Below are positions 52,801 to 63,572 of a stretch of DNA of 64,000 bases, in pieces. The notes beneath the pieces were generated by a model, which searched no databases, was not told where the DNA came from, and saw only the letters and a program-made list of their open reading frames with translations. Every line of letters begins with the position of its first letter. Position 1 is the first letter of the stretch. Source of the stretch: Macrostomum lignano (Eukaryota); NCBI GenBank assembly GCA_002269645.1, contig NIVC01001257.1, positions 1 through 64,000 on the forward strand, given 5' to 3'. The position numbers and the translations under genes were made by a program.

Positions 52801-54644
52801 TCAATCATCTTATCATTATATACTAGACCTAGCCTAAATAAAATAAAAAGTTTTAGTATCAGACAAGATTATAATAAATTTAAATTCAATTGTGATAAAA
52901 AACATCGAGACCAAAATATTTTATTACTAAGATATCATGCTATATTATATGAGGTATAAAAAAGGAACAAAAATTTCACAATAAAAAAAAAATGAAAAAT
53001 GACTATTTCAATTAACTATAGCCTTTAAAGTAATTTACATAGCTTTTAACACTGATGGACTCTCAGTTTTCAACCTGTCTATTGGCTGACAACTTTTATT
53101 GGAAATACTGTATATACTATTGCATTTTTGTGATATAGGCAAGCAAGTATAGTTCTTTAATTATTGATATTGAACCTACAAAATCTTCCATATTAGCCTT
53201 TTAAGCACTTTGCATTTTATCTCTATAGATTTTACAAAGTAAAATTTACAAAGTAAGATTTTACAAAGCTAGAGATATTCGAATGTTTTTTGCCAAGCTT
53301 CACTAAAAATTAGAGGTTAGACAAGATCTCAATCTTGCAATCAATATTTAAGATTGTGACTTTTCTCAATCAAATCTCAATCAAATCTCAATCAAATCTT
53401 GATTAAAAAAAGTGCTAAAAATCTAAGATATAAAAAATAAAGTTTTATGTTGAATACTAATTTTCTGCTTACAAGTATTTAGACATAAAAATTAAATTCA
53501 ATGTGAATTTAATGAGTGCCAAAAATTCAACTCATTATAATATCACCTGTAGGGATAAATTTAAGGGGCAGAGAGGGGGCAACCACCTTTCAAAATAGCT
53601 TGATAGAACATGCCTATAGACAGTGGCGTATCTAGGATTTTGAAATAGGGGGATAACTTTTGGGGACAAAATTTTTGACTAATAAAAAAGTTTTTTTTGC
53701 ATTTTTTGCTTACAATATATATTTAAAAAGTACCAAAACTGCGTATATTGGGCTAAAAAAACTTTACTTTGTTAAAATCAGAATAAAGCCTGCAGACTTT
53801 TATACTAAATATGACATTTTAGGAACTAAAGATTCGCCGAGATAATCATTTAAAACATTTTAATAGTAACTACTAGTAAAATAGGCCGATTTTGGCAATT
53901 TTTCTATGTCTATGCTGCTGCATATTGCATTTTTTCCAAAAAAATCATTTTTGTTTCCTATACTATATATCATAAAAATGGGGGGATATATTCCCATATC
54001 CCCCCTAGATACGCCCCTGCCTATAGACCATAACAATAATATATATTATATTGATTGGCTAGGCTAAGTAGGCTAGGTAAAAAACACAATTCTCTATTTG
54101 AATAACTTATCATTTATCATAATGAATCTTAGATGGCATAAACAAATAAAGCCTAACATTAAAGACATTATAATGCTATAAATAAATACTTTTAACTATA
54201 TAATGTAGGGCCTAGTATACTTTTCATATATACTCGTAATCATAATATTTGCAAATAGTTTTTTAATGCGATTAAATAAATAGGAATTTATTAGATAAAT
54301 CTTTTCAAAATCAAAATCATCTAGATTTATCACAAAATAGTCACAGGTTAGTCTAAAAATTGTCTATAGTATAAATTATAATACCCTGGCCTAACAATGT
54401 TATATTAGCTTAGGTTAGAACATTACATGTTTACTCAATGTTATTGCAAAATAAAAATAGTTACAAAATAAAAGGCTATTTTGATCCATTATCGCCTCAA
54501 AGCAGGTAAACAATTTACTTGAAATGTTAAAATCAGTTTACCTTGAGTTGGGAAGTCAGCTAAAACACTGATAAAACATAGTCGCGACAGCAAAACCAAC
54601 CGAAGAATCACTTCGATAACCATCCTGATCTTATTTCCAAACAT
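34075..54644 (-). CDS. TMEM131: Transmembrane protein 131 (TMEM131/RW1-like), ~15 exons
   Basis: Phase-consistent GT-AG exons (minus): 54542-54644 (signal peptide), 52599-52680, 52449-52517 (PVRFEPPYLDF), 52241-52364 (LSISATTPHFHCSFFQ), 51240-51785 (NTTFDVVFLARE..ENTLFI..PYRVQPWLGARIPINSSFSP..WAIPPYET..NHTAFVQVKTN), 50004-50885, 42735-43052, 42023-42098 (VGKICFD..DCYVGFP), 41010-41530 (ENPSDSPV..LPLWLYS), 37916-39386 (RNNLTALE, TM helix, low-complexity tail), 37387-37574, 36968-37293, 36418-~36578 (acceptor uncertain), 36207-36293, 34075-34796. These motifs match human TMEM131 as I recall it. Confidence 0.93.
35165..35940. repeat. Polypyrimidine/polypurine (CTCCT/CTGTCCC) satellite in the last TMEM131 intron
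   Basis: ~780 bp almost entirely C/T on the plus strand. Confidence 0.95.
36779..36849 (-). tRNA. tRNA-Gly (anticodon CCC), intronic in TMEM131
   Basis: GCGCCGATGGTGTAGTGGTAGCATGTAAGC-CTCCCAC-GCTTGCGACCCGGGTTCGAATCCCGGTCGGCGC-A is 71 nt, with acceptor stem GCGCCGA/TCGGCGC and a canonical GTTCGAATC T-loop. An oligo-T Pol III terminator lies just downstream (36767-36773). Confidence 0.92.
37720..37822. repeat. Short compound intronic tandem repeat (caatgaccagtg core)
   Basis: ccaatgaccagtggggtggcta and ccaatgaccagtgagctatcaata units, ~5 copies in total. Confidence 0.8.
39425..40195. repeat. Intronic minisatellite, 30-bp unit (agattggaacccctggaacttcatttcctt), ~25 copies
   Basis: Direct inspection. 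Confidence 0.95.
40235..40885. repeat. Intronic minisatellite, 29-bp unit (tagatgctaaccaatggatcctcggtctc), ~22 copies
   Basis: Direct inspection. Confidence 0.95.
41565..41975. repeat. Intronic minisatellite, 24-bp unit (gagtctgaggatccgggaggccgg) with longer variants
   Basis: Direct inspection. Confidence 0.95.
42545..42670. repeat. Intronic minisatellite, ~28-bp unit (gcaactgaggatctgggaggctggccta), ~4 copies
   Basis: Direct inspection. Confidence 0.9.
43120..43560. repeat. Intronic minisatellite, ~26-27-bp unit (gtctaggggcgaatcttgagatgaat)
   Basis: Direct inspection. Confidence 0.92.
44105..49881. repeat. ~5.8-kb (TAAC)n microsatellite with higher-order repeat structure, intronic
   Basis: TAAC punctuated by TGAA, CAAC, AAAC, TATC and TAGC variants; e.g. 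47221-47340 is identical to 49081-49200. Confidence 0.97.
50955..51215. repeat. Intronic minisatellite, ~20-bp unit (ggggtgtgacagacggataa), diverged
   Basis: Direct inspection. Confidence 0.88.
51822..52212. repeat. Intronic minisatellite, 22-bp unit (tctagatgcgacagtaggggtg), ~17 copies
   Basis: Direct inspection. Confidence 0.95.
53621..54019. mobile_element. Non-autonomous hAT-type MITE (399 bp) in TMEM131 intron 1
   Basis: TIRs CAGTGGCGTATCTAGG (53621-53636) and CCTAGATACGCCCCTG (54004-54019) match at 15/16. A perfect 8-bp TSD CCTATAGA lies at 53613-53620 and 54020-54027. Confidence 0.9.
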
Positions 54645-56078
54645 CCCACACAATGCAATTTGGTCTTTATTTCTGAAATGTAATATATGTTATCATTATT
54701 TCGTACCCCAACTAAGGGTTGCACACAAAAGTGCTGATTCAGTTTTTTCAACCAAATTGAAAAGCCGGGGCTTCAAGGAAAATATTGGTATAAACGTAAT
54801 AACGACTTTGTTTTAATTATCGTGTACCAAAGTACAGTTATTTACTAAAAATATTTTGTCAAAAAGCATAGAACATAAGAAACTAATGTTCTCAATATTG
54901 TATTTTTATTGAATATTTACGATGGAGAAAATGATTGAGTGTCGCACAGCTAATTTTACTTTTTTAGGTCTACCACTTAAAAATACCAAGTTAAGTTTAA
55001 TGAAAAATACACGGAAAAGGGAAATTTAGGCGAAAAGTAAGGAAAAAAGAATGAGGTGCCACTGCTCTTATTTCTTCAATTTTTCCTATAATGATTACTC
55101 ACTGCTATTTTTCTACAAAAGCAGGGTAAATAATATACAACATGCAAATTTCACCACAGAAGTACATGTATTTACTGGTTATAACCTGTTAAAATTAGAA
55201 CCCCGACTTTAAGGATCGCCTACACCACCATCAAGTAAGGCCAAATATCGTGTGATCTCATTACTTTGACATCAAATTCTGATTCCTTTGTACTTGGTCG
55301 TGTGATTTGATGGCTCATTTGATGGACAGTGTGCTTGTGAATGAGCCGAGAGTTTATGTACAAGTACGAAGCTAGTATAAAGCGGATCTACCAAAACAGA
55401 GACAGCCAAACGACGTGGCTCTGACTTACAAACAGCCAAATTGAGAAAATTGTGTGTATGTACGCTTTCTGTGGTTAGTAAATTCATGTACGCGACTTTA
55501 ATATAAAGTTACATGTATAATTCAGCTACTGCAGTCAACTGCAACTTTACATGAAATATGCATGTAGACTTGAAACTATTTGATAATTGCCTGAAGCATC
55601 GCTTCAGAAGAAAGAAAAGTCAAAAAAGAGAAAACATTTATTTATTAGAAATGTATTATATTATTCGAAGTTTTGTTTATAAAGTTAGAAAAATCATCTA
55701 AAAGGTAAGCACACAAAGTTCTGGAAAGCAATTTAATTACAATCTGTGGCAGCAAAAGAGAAACAGAAAGTAAATAAAATATAAAGAAAAGGAAGAAAAC
55801 AAATGTGAAACACACAACAAAGAAAAAAGATTTAAAGAAAATTGGCCATTCGGCTATAAAAGACGAACTAATCGAAAATCAAATTAGAATAATTAATAAA
55901 TTCCGCGTACAATCGCCGCACTGAAAGACCACTGAAAGGACAAAGGGATCCGGATCATTTTACATAACTTATTATATGTATTGCTTTTTTGCTTTATGCA
56001 ATGCATTTTCAAATATTCAACAGAATTTGATTACCAATATTTAGCTCAAGCTATATTTTACAGGAAATTTTCGGGTTA

Positions 56079-56807
56079 TTAGGAAATGCAGCAGCATTTA
56101 CAGCCACCAGATTTATTAGCAGTTGAAGACGGCGACTTTTTGCTATTATTATCAATCATATAGCGGTCGCAGGATTTCACATTTTCAACAGCCGCTACAC
56201 TGCCTTTAGTTGCAGTTTTATCACCCCCGACGCCGTCATTGTCGAAGCTGGTAATTTTTGGCTTGCTGCTCTCCAGCTCGACTGCAGATTTCCGGGCGAC
56301 AGCCGCAGCGCGCGTGGTCGCGGCACCCAGGGTGCAGTTGCAGTTGGCGTAGACGCAGCAGTCCTGCATTATTGTCTGCGCTGTGTCTTCGCTATCCGAC
56401 AAGCCATCGCCAGCTTGCTGCAGAACCTGAAGCAGACAGTCGGCGATCATCTGGGCGCTGTCGCCGCTGCACGATCCGCTGCCTTCGTAGTCAGTTGTCG
56501 TCACCGAGACCTCGTTTGTGCCGGTTTCTGAACGGCACAGACTGTCCGCCGTTGAGGCCTGGTGTCGGAGGTGAATAACAACCGAAGGATTCAGTCTCTG
56601 CCGACGCAGAGTTGACTGTCTAGATGATGGATTGCTGCTGCTGCTGCTGCTGCCGGCTGAATGCATGTAGCTGACGGCTGACGTTCTGGTCTCTGTCGTC
56701 GTAGCGATGGACGCCTGCGGTGAAGCGTCAGACGGGGTGGTGACGCAGCCAGAGGAGAAGCTGATCAGACGGACGAGATCGCTGGCGGAGCTGGACCGAG
56801 GATCCAT
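56079..56807 (-). CDS. Uncharacterised Ser-rich single-exon protein (242 aa from ATG 56807) with C-terminal CaaX-like motif
   Basis: GC-rich stop-free ORF in AT-rich flanks. An acceptor-like ctctcctag/cag lies just before the ATG. The C-terminus is KKSPSSTANKSGGCKCCCIS*. Confidence 0.65.
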   Translation of the reverse strand: MDPRSSSASDLVRLISFSSGCVTTPSDASPQASIATTTETRTSAVSYMHSAGSSSSSSNPSSRQSTLRRQRLNPSVVIHLRHQASTADSLCRSETGTNEVSVTTTDYEGSGSCSGDSAQMIADCLLQVLQQAGDGLSDSEDTAQTIMQDCCVYANCNCTLGAATTRAAAVARKSAVELESSKPKITSFDNDGVGGDKTATKGSVAAVENVKSCDRYMIDNNSKKSPSSTANKSGGCKCCCIS

Positions 56808-58003
56808 TGAGCTGCTAGGAGAGACAGCTATCAGATTGTGAAGAGGGAGAGCTGGGAAGTAGACAGTGAGCAAAGCCAAGTCAAAGGTGGAGTGAGTTTT
56901 ATATACCCAACAACTTTGTACAAGTCAGCTGAATCGCTGCAGGCGATTGATTGCGCGCGCAGGGAAGTCGCTTTTGAGTCGATGCACCTTGCAACCGACG
57001 TACGTGCAATGCTTGTTGCGTGATTTTTTTATTCTATCTACGAGTGGTGAATGCGAACAACTCTCTATATATGGTGCAGTTGGAGAGTGACCGTAAACTG
57101 GTAAACAATTGCGCATTTTGATCCGCGCACTCGGTGCGTTCGCAGGCACTTGATGTTCGTTTCCACTGTAACTTGCTCTGTGCTCACACAGGAGTTCCAA
57201 CTTGCAATAAGTATTAAATTAATTGTGCAATCTTTACAGGAAGATACGATCACGAGTTGCATGGCAGAATTTACTGTACGATAAAATGCGTTAGAAGTTG
57301 AGGCCGAGTTCAGTAACCAACTCCTCGTGACTACTGCAAATCTTCAAAAGTTCAAAACAAATTTTGCCAATCCCTAATTAATTCCTAAGGCCTCTCTTAG
57401 TTGAGAAATTCCAGAAACACACGAAGTCTTCTTTTCTTGAACAATTTTGGAGTGCAAAAATGTTAGTTTTAATTGAATAAAATCTCGATGAATCTATTTT
57501 TAGGAAATTGATCGATGATTCACTTTGGCGAGCTATTTATAACAAAAACACGAGACTGTCTAGCGTGATAAAGTTTAAAAAGACAACAAAAAAAAGAAAA
57601 TTGTGACAAACAAGGTTTGCGACCTTTCTTGGGCGCTTCTTGAGCAGCTAATACGCTCGTAGTTAAAAAAATGACGTTTCAAACACGTAATAACCTAAAA
57701 GAAACCAAAGCGCTACTGAAAGTACTCACGGAATTATTTTTCAGCAGTGTGATTCAAGCCCACGGATAGTGCTCCCATGCATTCTCCGGATAAATATTGC
57801 ATAAAAAAGGCAAACGATGTCAATAAAAGTACAGAAAAGTACGTCCAATGATATTTCTAGAACAGCTGAGAGTTACTTTTCAGTCCCCAAAGCATGTCTT
57901 CTCACTTTACGTAAGCCCCGAGCCTCAGGCTGAATGCAAATGAAAACTAATTACAGCAACTTCGGCGACAGCACGTTTACAGGTGGACCTGAACCTCAAT
58001 CAT

Positions 58004-61000
58004 TTAGGACAGCAGGTGTTGGAGCTCTTCGTTAGAATCTTCGTGCTCTTCAGCATCCGTGTTGTTCTCGCCAATAGCGGCAAATGCGCCAGCAATATCA
58101 CGCTCTTCAGCCATGAGGGGCGCCGCGAGCGGCAGGGACACGAGGCGGGTGTATGCCAGACAGCTGACACACAGCAGCAGGTCGATGGCGTGCCTCAGGC
58201 AGTAGCTTGCGTGCGGGTCTTGTTTGGCAGCTTCAGGCGAAATTATCAACGGCACGATGCCGCTATAAAGAGCCGAACGGAGCAGCGACGCGAAGCTCCA
58301 GACGCTGAGAGCGATGCCAACTAAAAAGTCCCGATGTGAGGCTGGTGCAATCGCCAGCACCAGTTCGTAGGCGGCCACCATAGCGAAGATTTTTACGAAG
58401 CCTTCAACGAAACCGGCGAACGAGAAAATCAGAGCAGGCAACAGCGGCGCCAGACCATCGCTGGAGATGGCTCGTATGCACAGGTCGCTGGCGAGCCCAA
58501 AGGCGGCGATGATAGCTGCGAGAGAGATCCCGAACAACAGTCTGGTCTGAAATTGTTTTTGAGAAAGAGGGACAAAATCTATTTAAAAAGTCTAAATCCA
58601 TGTCTAAGACAATTTTTGACAATCTCCAATCTGAGCTACAGTTACCATAGACACAATCTCCAAGCTGAGCTACAGTTACCATAGACACAATCTCCAAGCT
58701 GAGCTACAGTTACCATAGACACAATCTCCAAGCTGAGCTACAGTTACCATAGACACAATCTCCAAGCTGAGCTACAGTTACCATAGACACAATCTCCAAG
58801 CTGAGCTACAGTTACCATAGACACAATCTCCAAGCTGAGCTACAGGTACCATAGACACAATCTCCAAGCTGAGCTACAGGTACCATAGACACAATCTCCA
58901 AGCTGAGCTACAGTTACCATAGACACAATCTCCAAGCTGAGCTACAGTTACCATAGACACAATCTCCAAGCTGAGCTACAGTTACCATAGACACAATCTC
59001 CAAGCTGAGCTACAGTTACCATAGACACAATCTCCAAGCTGAGCTACAGGTACCATAGACACAATCTCCAAGCTGAGCTACAGTTACCATAGACACAATC
59101 TCCAAGCTGAGCTACAGGTACCATAGACACAATCTCCAAGCTGAGCTACAGTTACCATAGACACAATCTCCAAGTTGAGCTACAGTTACCATAGACACAA
59201 TCTCCAAGCTGAGCTACAGTTACCATAGACACAATCTCCAAGCTGAGCTACAGGTACCATAGACACAATCTCCAAGCTGAGCTACAGGTACCATAGACAC
59301 AATCTCCAAGCTGAGCTACAGGTACCATATACACAATCTCCAAGCTGAGCTACAGGTACCATAGACACAATCTCCAAGCTGAGCTACAGGTACCATAGAC
59401 ACAATCTCCAAGTTGAGCTACAGTTACCATAGACACAATCTCCAAGCTGAGCTACAGTTACCATAGACACAATCTCCAAGCTGAGCTACAGGTACCATAG
59501 ACACAATCTCCAAGCTGAGCTACAGGTACCATAGACACAATCTCCAAGCTGAGCTACAGGTACCATAGACACAATCTCCAAGCTGAGCTACAGGTACCAT
59601 AGACACAATCTCCAAGTTGATCTACAGTTACCATAGACACAATCTTCAAGCTGAGCTACAGGTACCATAGACACAATATTCAAGCTGAGCTACATTTACC
59701 ATAGACACAATCTCCAAGCTGAGCTACAGGTACCATAGACACAATCTCCAAGCTGAGCTACAGTTACCATAGACACAATCTCCAAGTTGATCTACAGTTA
59801 CCATAGACAAAATCTTCAAGCTGAGCTACAGGTACCATAGATACAATCTTCAAGCTGAGCTACAGTTACCATAGACACAATCTCCAAGCTGAGCTACAGT
59901 TACCATAGACACAATCTCCATGCTGAGCTACAGTTACCATAGACACAATCTCCAAGCTGAGCTACAGTTACCATAGACACAATCTCCAAGCTGAGCTACA
60001 GTTACCATAGACACAATCTCCAAGCTGAGCTACAGGTACCATAGACACAATCTCCAAGCTGAGCTACAGGTACCATAGACACAATCTCCAAGTTGAGCTA
60101 CAGTTACCATAGACACAATCTCCAAGCTGAGCTACAGTTACCATAGACACAATCTCCAAGCTGAGCTACAGTTACCATAGACACAATCTCCAAGCTGAGC
60201 TACAGGTACCATAGACACAATCTCCAAGCTGAGCTACAGGTACCATAGACACAATCTCCAAGCTGAGCTACAGGTACCATAGACACAATCTCCAAGTTGA
60301 TCTACAGTTACCATAGACACAATCTTCAAGCTGAGCTACAGGTACCATAGACACAATATTCAAGCTGAGCTACATTTACCATAGACACAATCTCCAAGCT
60401 GAGCTACAGGTACCATAGACACAATCTCCAAGCTGAGCTACAGTTACCATAGACACAATCTCCAAGCTGAGCTACAGTTACCATAGACAAAATCTTCAAG
60501 CTGAGCTACAGGTACCATAGACACAATCTCCAAGCTGAGCTACAGTTACCATAGACACAATCTCCAAGCTGAGCTACAGTTACCATAGATACAATCTTCA
60601 AGCTGAGCTACAGTTACCATAGATACAATCTTCAAGCTGAGCTACAGGTACCATAGACACAATCTCCAAGCTGATCTACAGTTACCATAGACAATCTCCA
60701 AGCTGAGCTACAGGTACCATAGACACAATCTCCAAGCTGAGCTACAGTTACCATAGACACAATCTCCAAGTTGATCTATAGTTACCATAGACAAAATCTT
60801 CAAGCTGAGCTACATTTACCATAGACACAATCTCCAAGCTGAGCTACAGGTACCATAGACACAATCTCCAAGCTGAGCTACAGTTACCATAGACACAATC
60901 TCCAAGTTGATCTACAGTTACCATAGACAAAATCTTCAAGCTGAGCTACAGGTACCATAGATACAATCTCCAAGCTGAGCTACAGTTACCATAGACACAA

Positions 61001-63044
61001 TCTCCTAACAGAGCTACTGTTAACCATAGACAGAATTACTGAACCGATTTACAAACAACGCTGAACTCCAAACCAGACAAAACCTTATCCAGACCAAAGT
61101 CTCAAGTTCATTTAAATCCAGTTTATCACTACAAGACCGAAGTAACCATTGCTAACCTGAAACGTCAATCTCAACATGTGAGACGATCGAATTCGCCTCG
61201 AACCGGCCATCACGGCCACCAAAGCCGACGACATCAGCATGCCGACGATGTTCACCGTGCGGGGCACGTTCCAATCGCGGAATGCGGCCAGCACAGCCCC
61301 ACCCAGCCCTTCAGTAGCATTGGGGTTCATGTAGTGCAGAGCCTCTCTTTGGTAGCCAACAATGTGCCCATCATTTAGCTGCAGTATGAACAGCGTGAAA
61401 GCGGATAGAATGAGGAAGTAGCGCAGCAAGCGCCGCATTGTTGGCAGTTCGAACTGTCGTCGAGGGAAGGCGGCTGCAGCTGAGGGGCAGATCAGGCGGC
61501 AAGCAATTAGGTAGGCGATTCCCAGCACGATGGCTGCGACAGCGACAAACACGTGGCTGCCCTGGTACCTGTAGGGAACAGGATGCACTTTGTAGTGAAA
61601 TCCGTGGCAATTTTCTTCAATTTTGCATTGTGTTTCAAGCTGCAGTCACACAATCCAGAGTCACACAGGTTACAGTCACATATAGACACACAATCCTGAG
61701 TCACACAGGTTACAGTCACATATAGACACACAATCCTGAGTCACACAGGTTACAGTCACATATAGACACACAATCCTGAGTCACACAGGTTACAGTCACA
61801 TATAGACACACAATCCAGAGTCACACAGCTTACAGTCACATATAGACACACAATCCAGAGTCGCGCAATCCAGTGTCACACGATCCAGTGTCACACAATC
61901 CGGTGTCACACAGTCCGGTGTCACACAATCCAGTGTCACGCAATGCAGTGTCACACAATCCGGTGTCACACAAGCTGCAGTCACACAATCAGTGTCATAC
62001 AGGCTACAAGTCACACAATCCAGTGTTACACAATCAGTGTCATACAGGCTGCAGTCACACAATCCAGTGTCACACAGGCTGCAGTCACACAATCCAGTGT
62101 CACACAATCCGGTGTCACACAATCCAGTGTCACACAGGCTGCAGTCACACAATCCAGTGTCACACAGGCTGCAGTCACACAATCCAGTGTCACACAGGCT
62201 GCAGTCACACAATCCAGTGTCACACAATCCAGTGTCACACAGGCTGCAGTCACACAATCCAGTGTCACACAGGCTGCAGTCACACAATCCAGTGTCACAC
62301 AGGCTGCAGTCACACAATCCAGTGTCACACAGGCTGCAGTCACACAATCCAGTGTCACACAGGCTGCAGTCACACAATCCAGTGTCACACAGGCTGCAGT
62401 CACACAATCCGGTGTCACCGGGCATTAAAGTCAGCGTACATGTAAACGTCGGCCAGTTTCCAAACGCCCATATTGAACCAGATGGTGCTGGATGCTGCAG
62501 CATAGTACAACACTAGGGCAACTGTTCGTCCGCCGTCGGGTCCAAACGACTGGCAACGACAGTCGCCAAAGGCTGCGAGCAGAGGCGCCAAGACCAGGAT
62601 CATATAGACGGGATGAGGCAGCCAGGCAAGAACGTAGGCAGCCCAACTGCAGGCCAGACCGAAGGCTCTCACGATGCAGACGCCAATCGCTGACAGGGTC
62701 ATTGCGCAGCCAGCCAGAGTCAGAACCAACCGACGATTTCTCGTCGCACTGGACAGCAGGCCTCCGACGGCTGCGAGAGTGTAGGCCCATCTCATAAAGT
62801 TCGTTTGCACCTGATCTGCGGACGCTTGTTGAACACCATCAGGAGACTTGAGCCGGCATTCCACACTGGCAGATTGCCACTGATCAGATTGATTTATTAC
62901 CGAGGAAGAACCATTGACCAGCTCGTAGGTGTTGAAATTGAATAACCGGTAGTTGAAAGTGGCAAATTGGTTAGCCAGCTTCATCAGCACTAGCAGGGCC
63001 AGGCTCGCGGCCGGACCGAATATCTGTGAGCACCGAGCTGGCAT
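58004..63044 (-). CDS. Multi-pass MFS-type transporter, probably divergent POT/PTR2 (SLC15-like); 3 exons, 526 aa
   Basis: Phase-consistent exons 62419-63044, 61157-61568 and 58004-58546 with GT-AG sites. It has roughly 11-12 hydrophobic helices, AYELVLAIAPASHRDFLVGI resembling the POT EF.Y..AP..MKS motif, and an acidic C-terminal tail. Confidence 0.75.
58620..61005. repeat. Intronic minisatellite, 34-bp unit (ctgagctacagttaccatagacacaatctccaag), ~70 copies
   Basis: Period 34 (atagacacaa at 58681 and 58715). Confidence 0.97.
61635..62418. repeat. Intronic compound minisatellite: 40-bp unit (~61635-61860) grading into 15/30-bp units
   Basis: tcacacaggttacagtcacatatagacacacaatcctgag, then cagtgtcacacaggctgcagtcacacaatc. 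Confidence 0.93.
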
Positions 63045-63572
63045 TGGCAGAGTTTTGAGCTGTCCAGTTGCTCAAAACTACATCTCTAGCTAATGCAGCT
63101 CATTGTTCTGCCAGAGCTGGCTTTATAAGTAGCTCTATGACTATCATTATTACTCAAATAGGGAGGGTAGAGCAGGAATAATAGGCCGAGTAAAAAGCAG
63201 CTGGCACAGCATAGATTCTGTGCAGAACGCGAAGTGCCTATATCAACTATACAGTATGCTGTGAAGAGCGAGATGGCTAGAGGCAGATGCACATTCTATT
63301 CCAGCTGGATGTACACTGCACCAGGCCATCGGCGTGTGTTTATGCGCAGTTTTCTATCTGCTATACTTAGCTACGGTAGCTAATATATTGTAAATAATTT
63401 TGACCAGTCAGTCCGCGCCTTTCGCTCTGCTTGGACGCAAAAGAGACAAAAAGAAAGAAGGTTCTTGAGAGAGCAACGAATATGGAACTGATGGATATCG
63501 GAATTAACTAACTGTAATGCAGATACTGCAGCCTGTCGAATCTGATGGCACTCCTTCTGAGGAAACTTGAAG

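Noticed and set aside
58620-61005. CRISPR-like regular 29-34-bp repeats (also 39425-40885)
   Set aside because: The repeats are head-to-tail with no unique spacers, there are no cas genes, and the context is eukaryotic introns.
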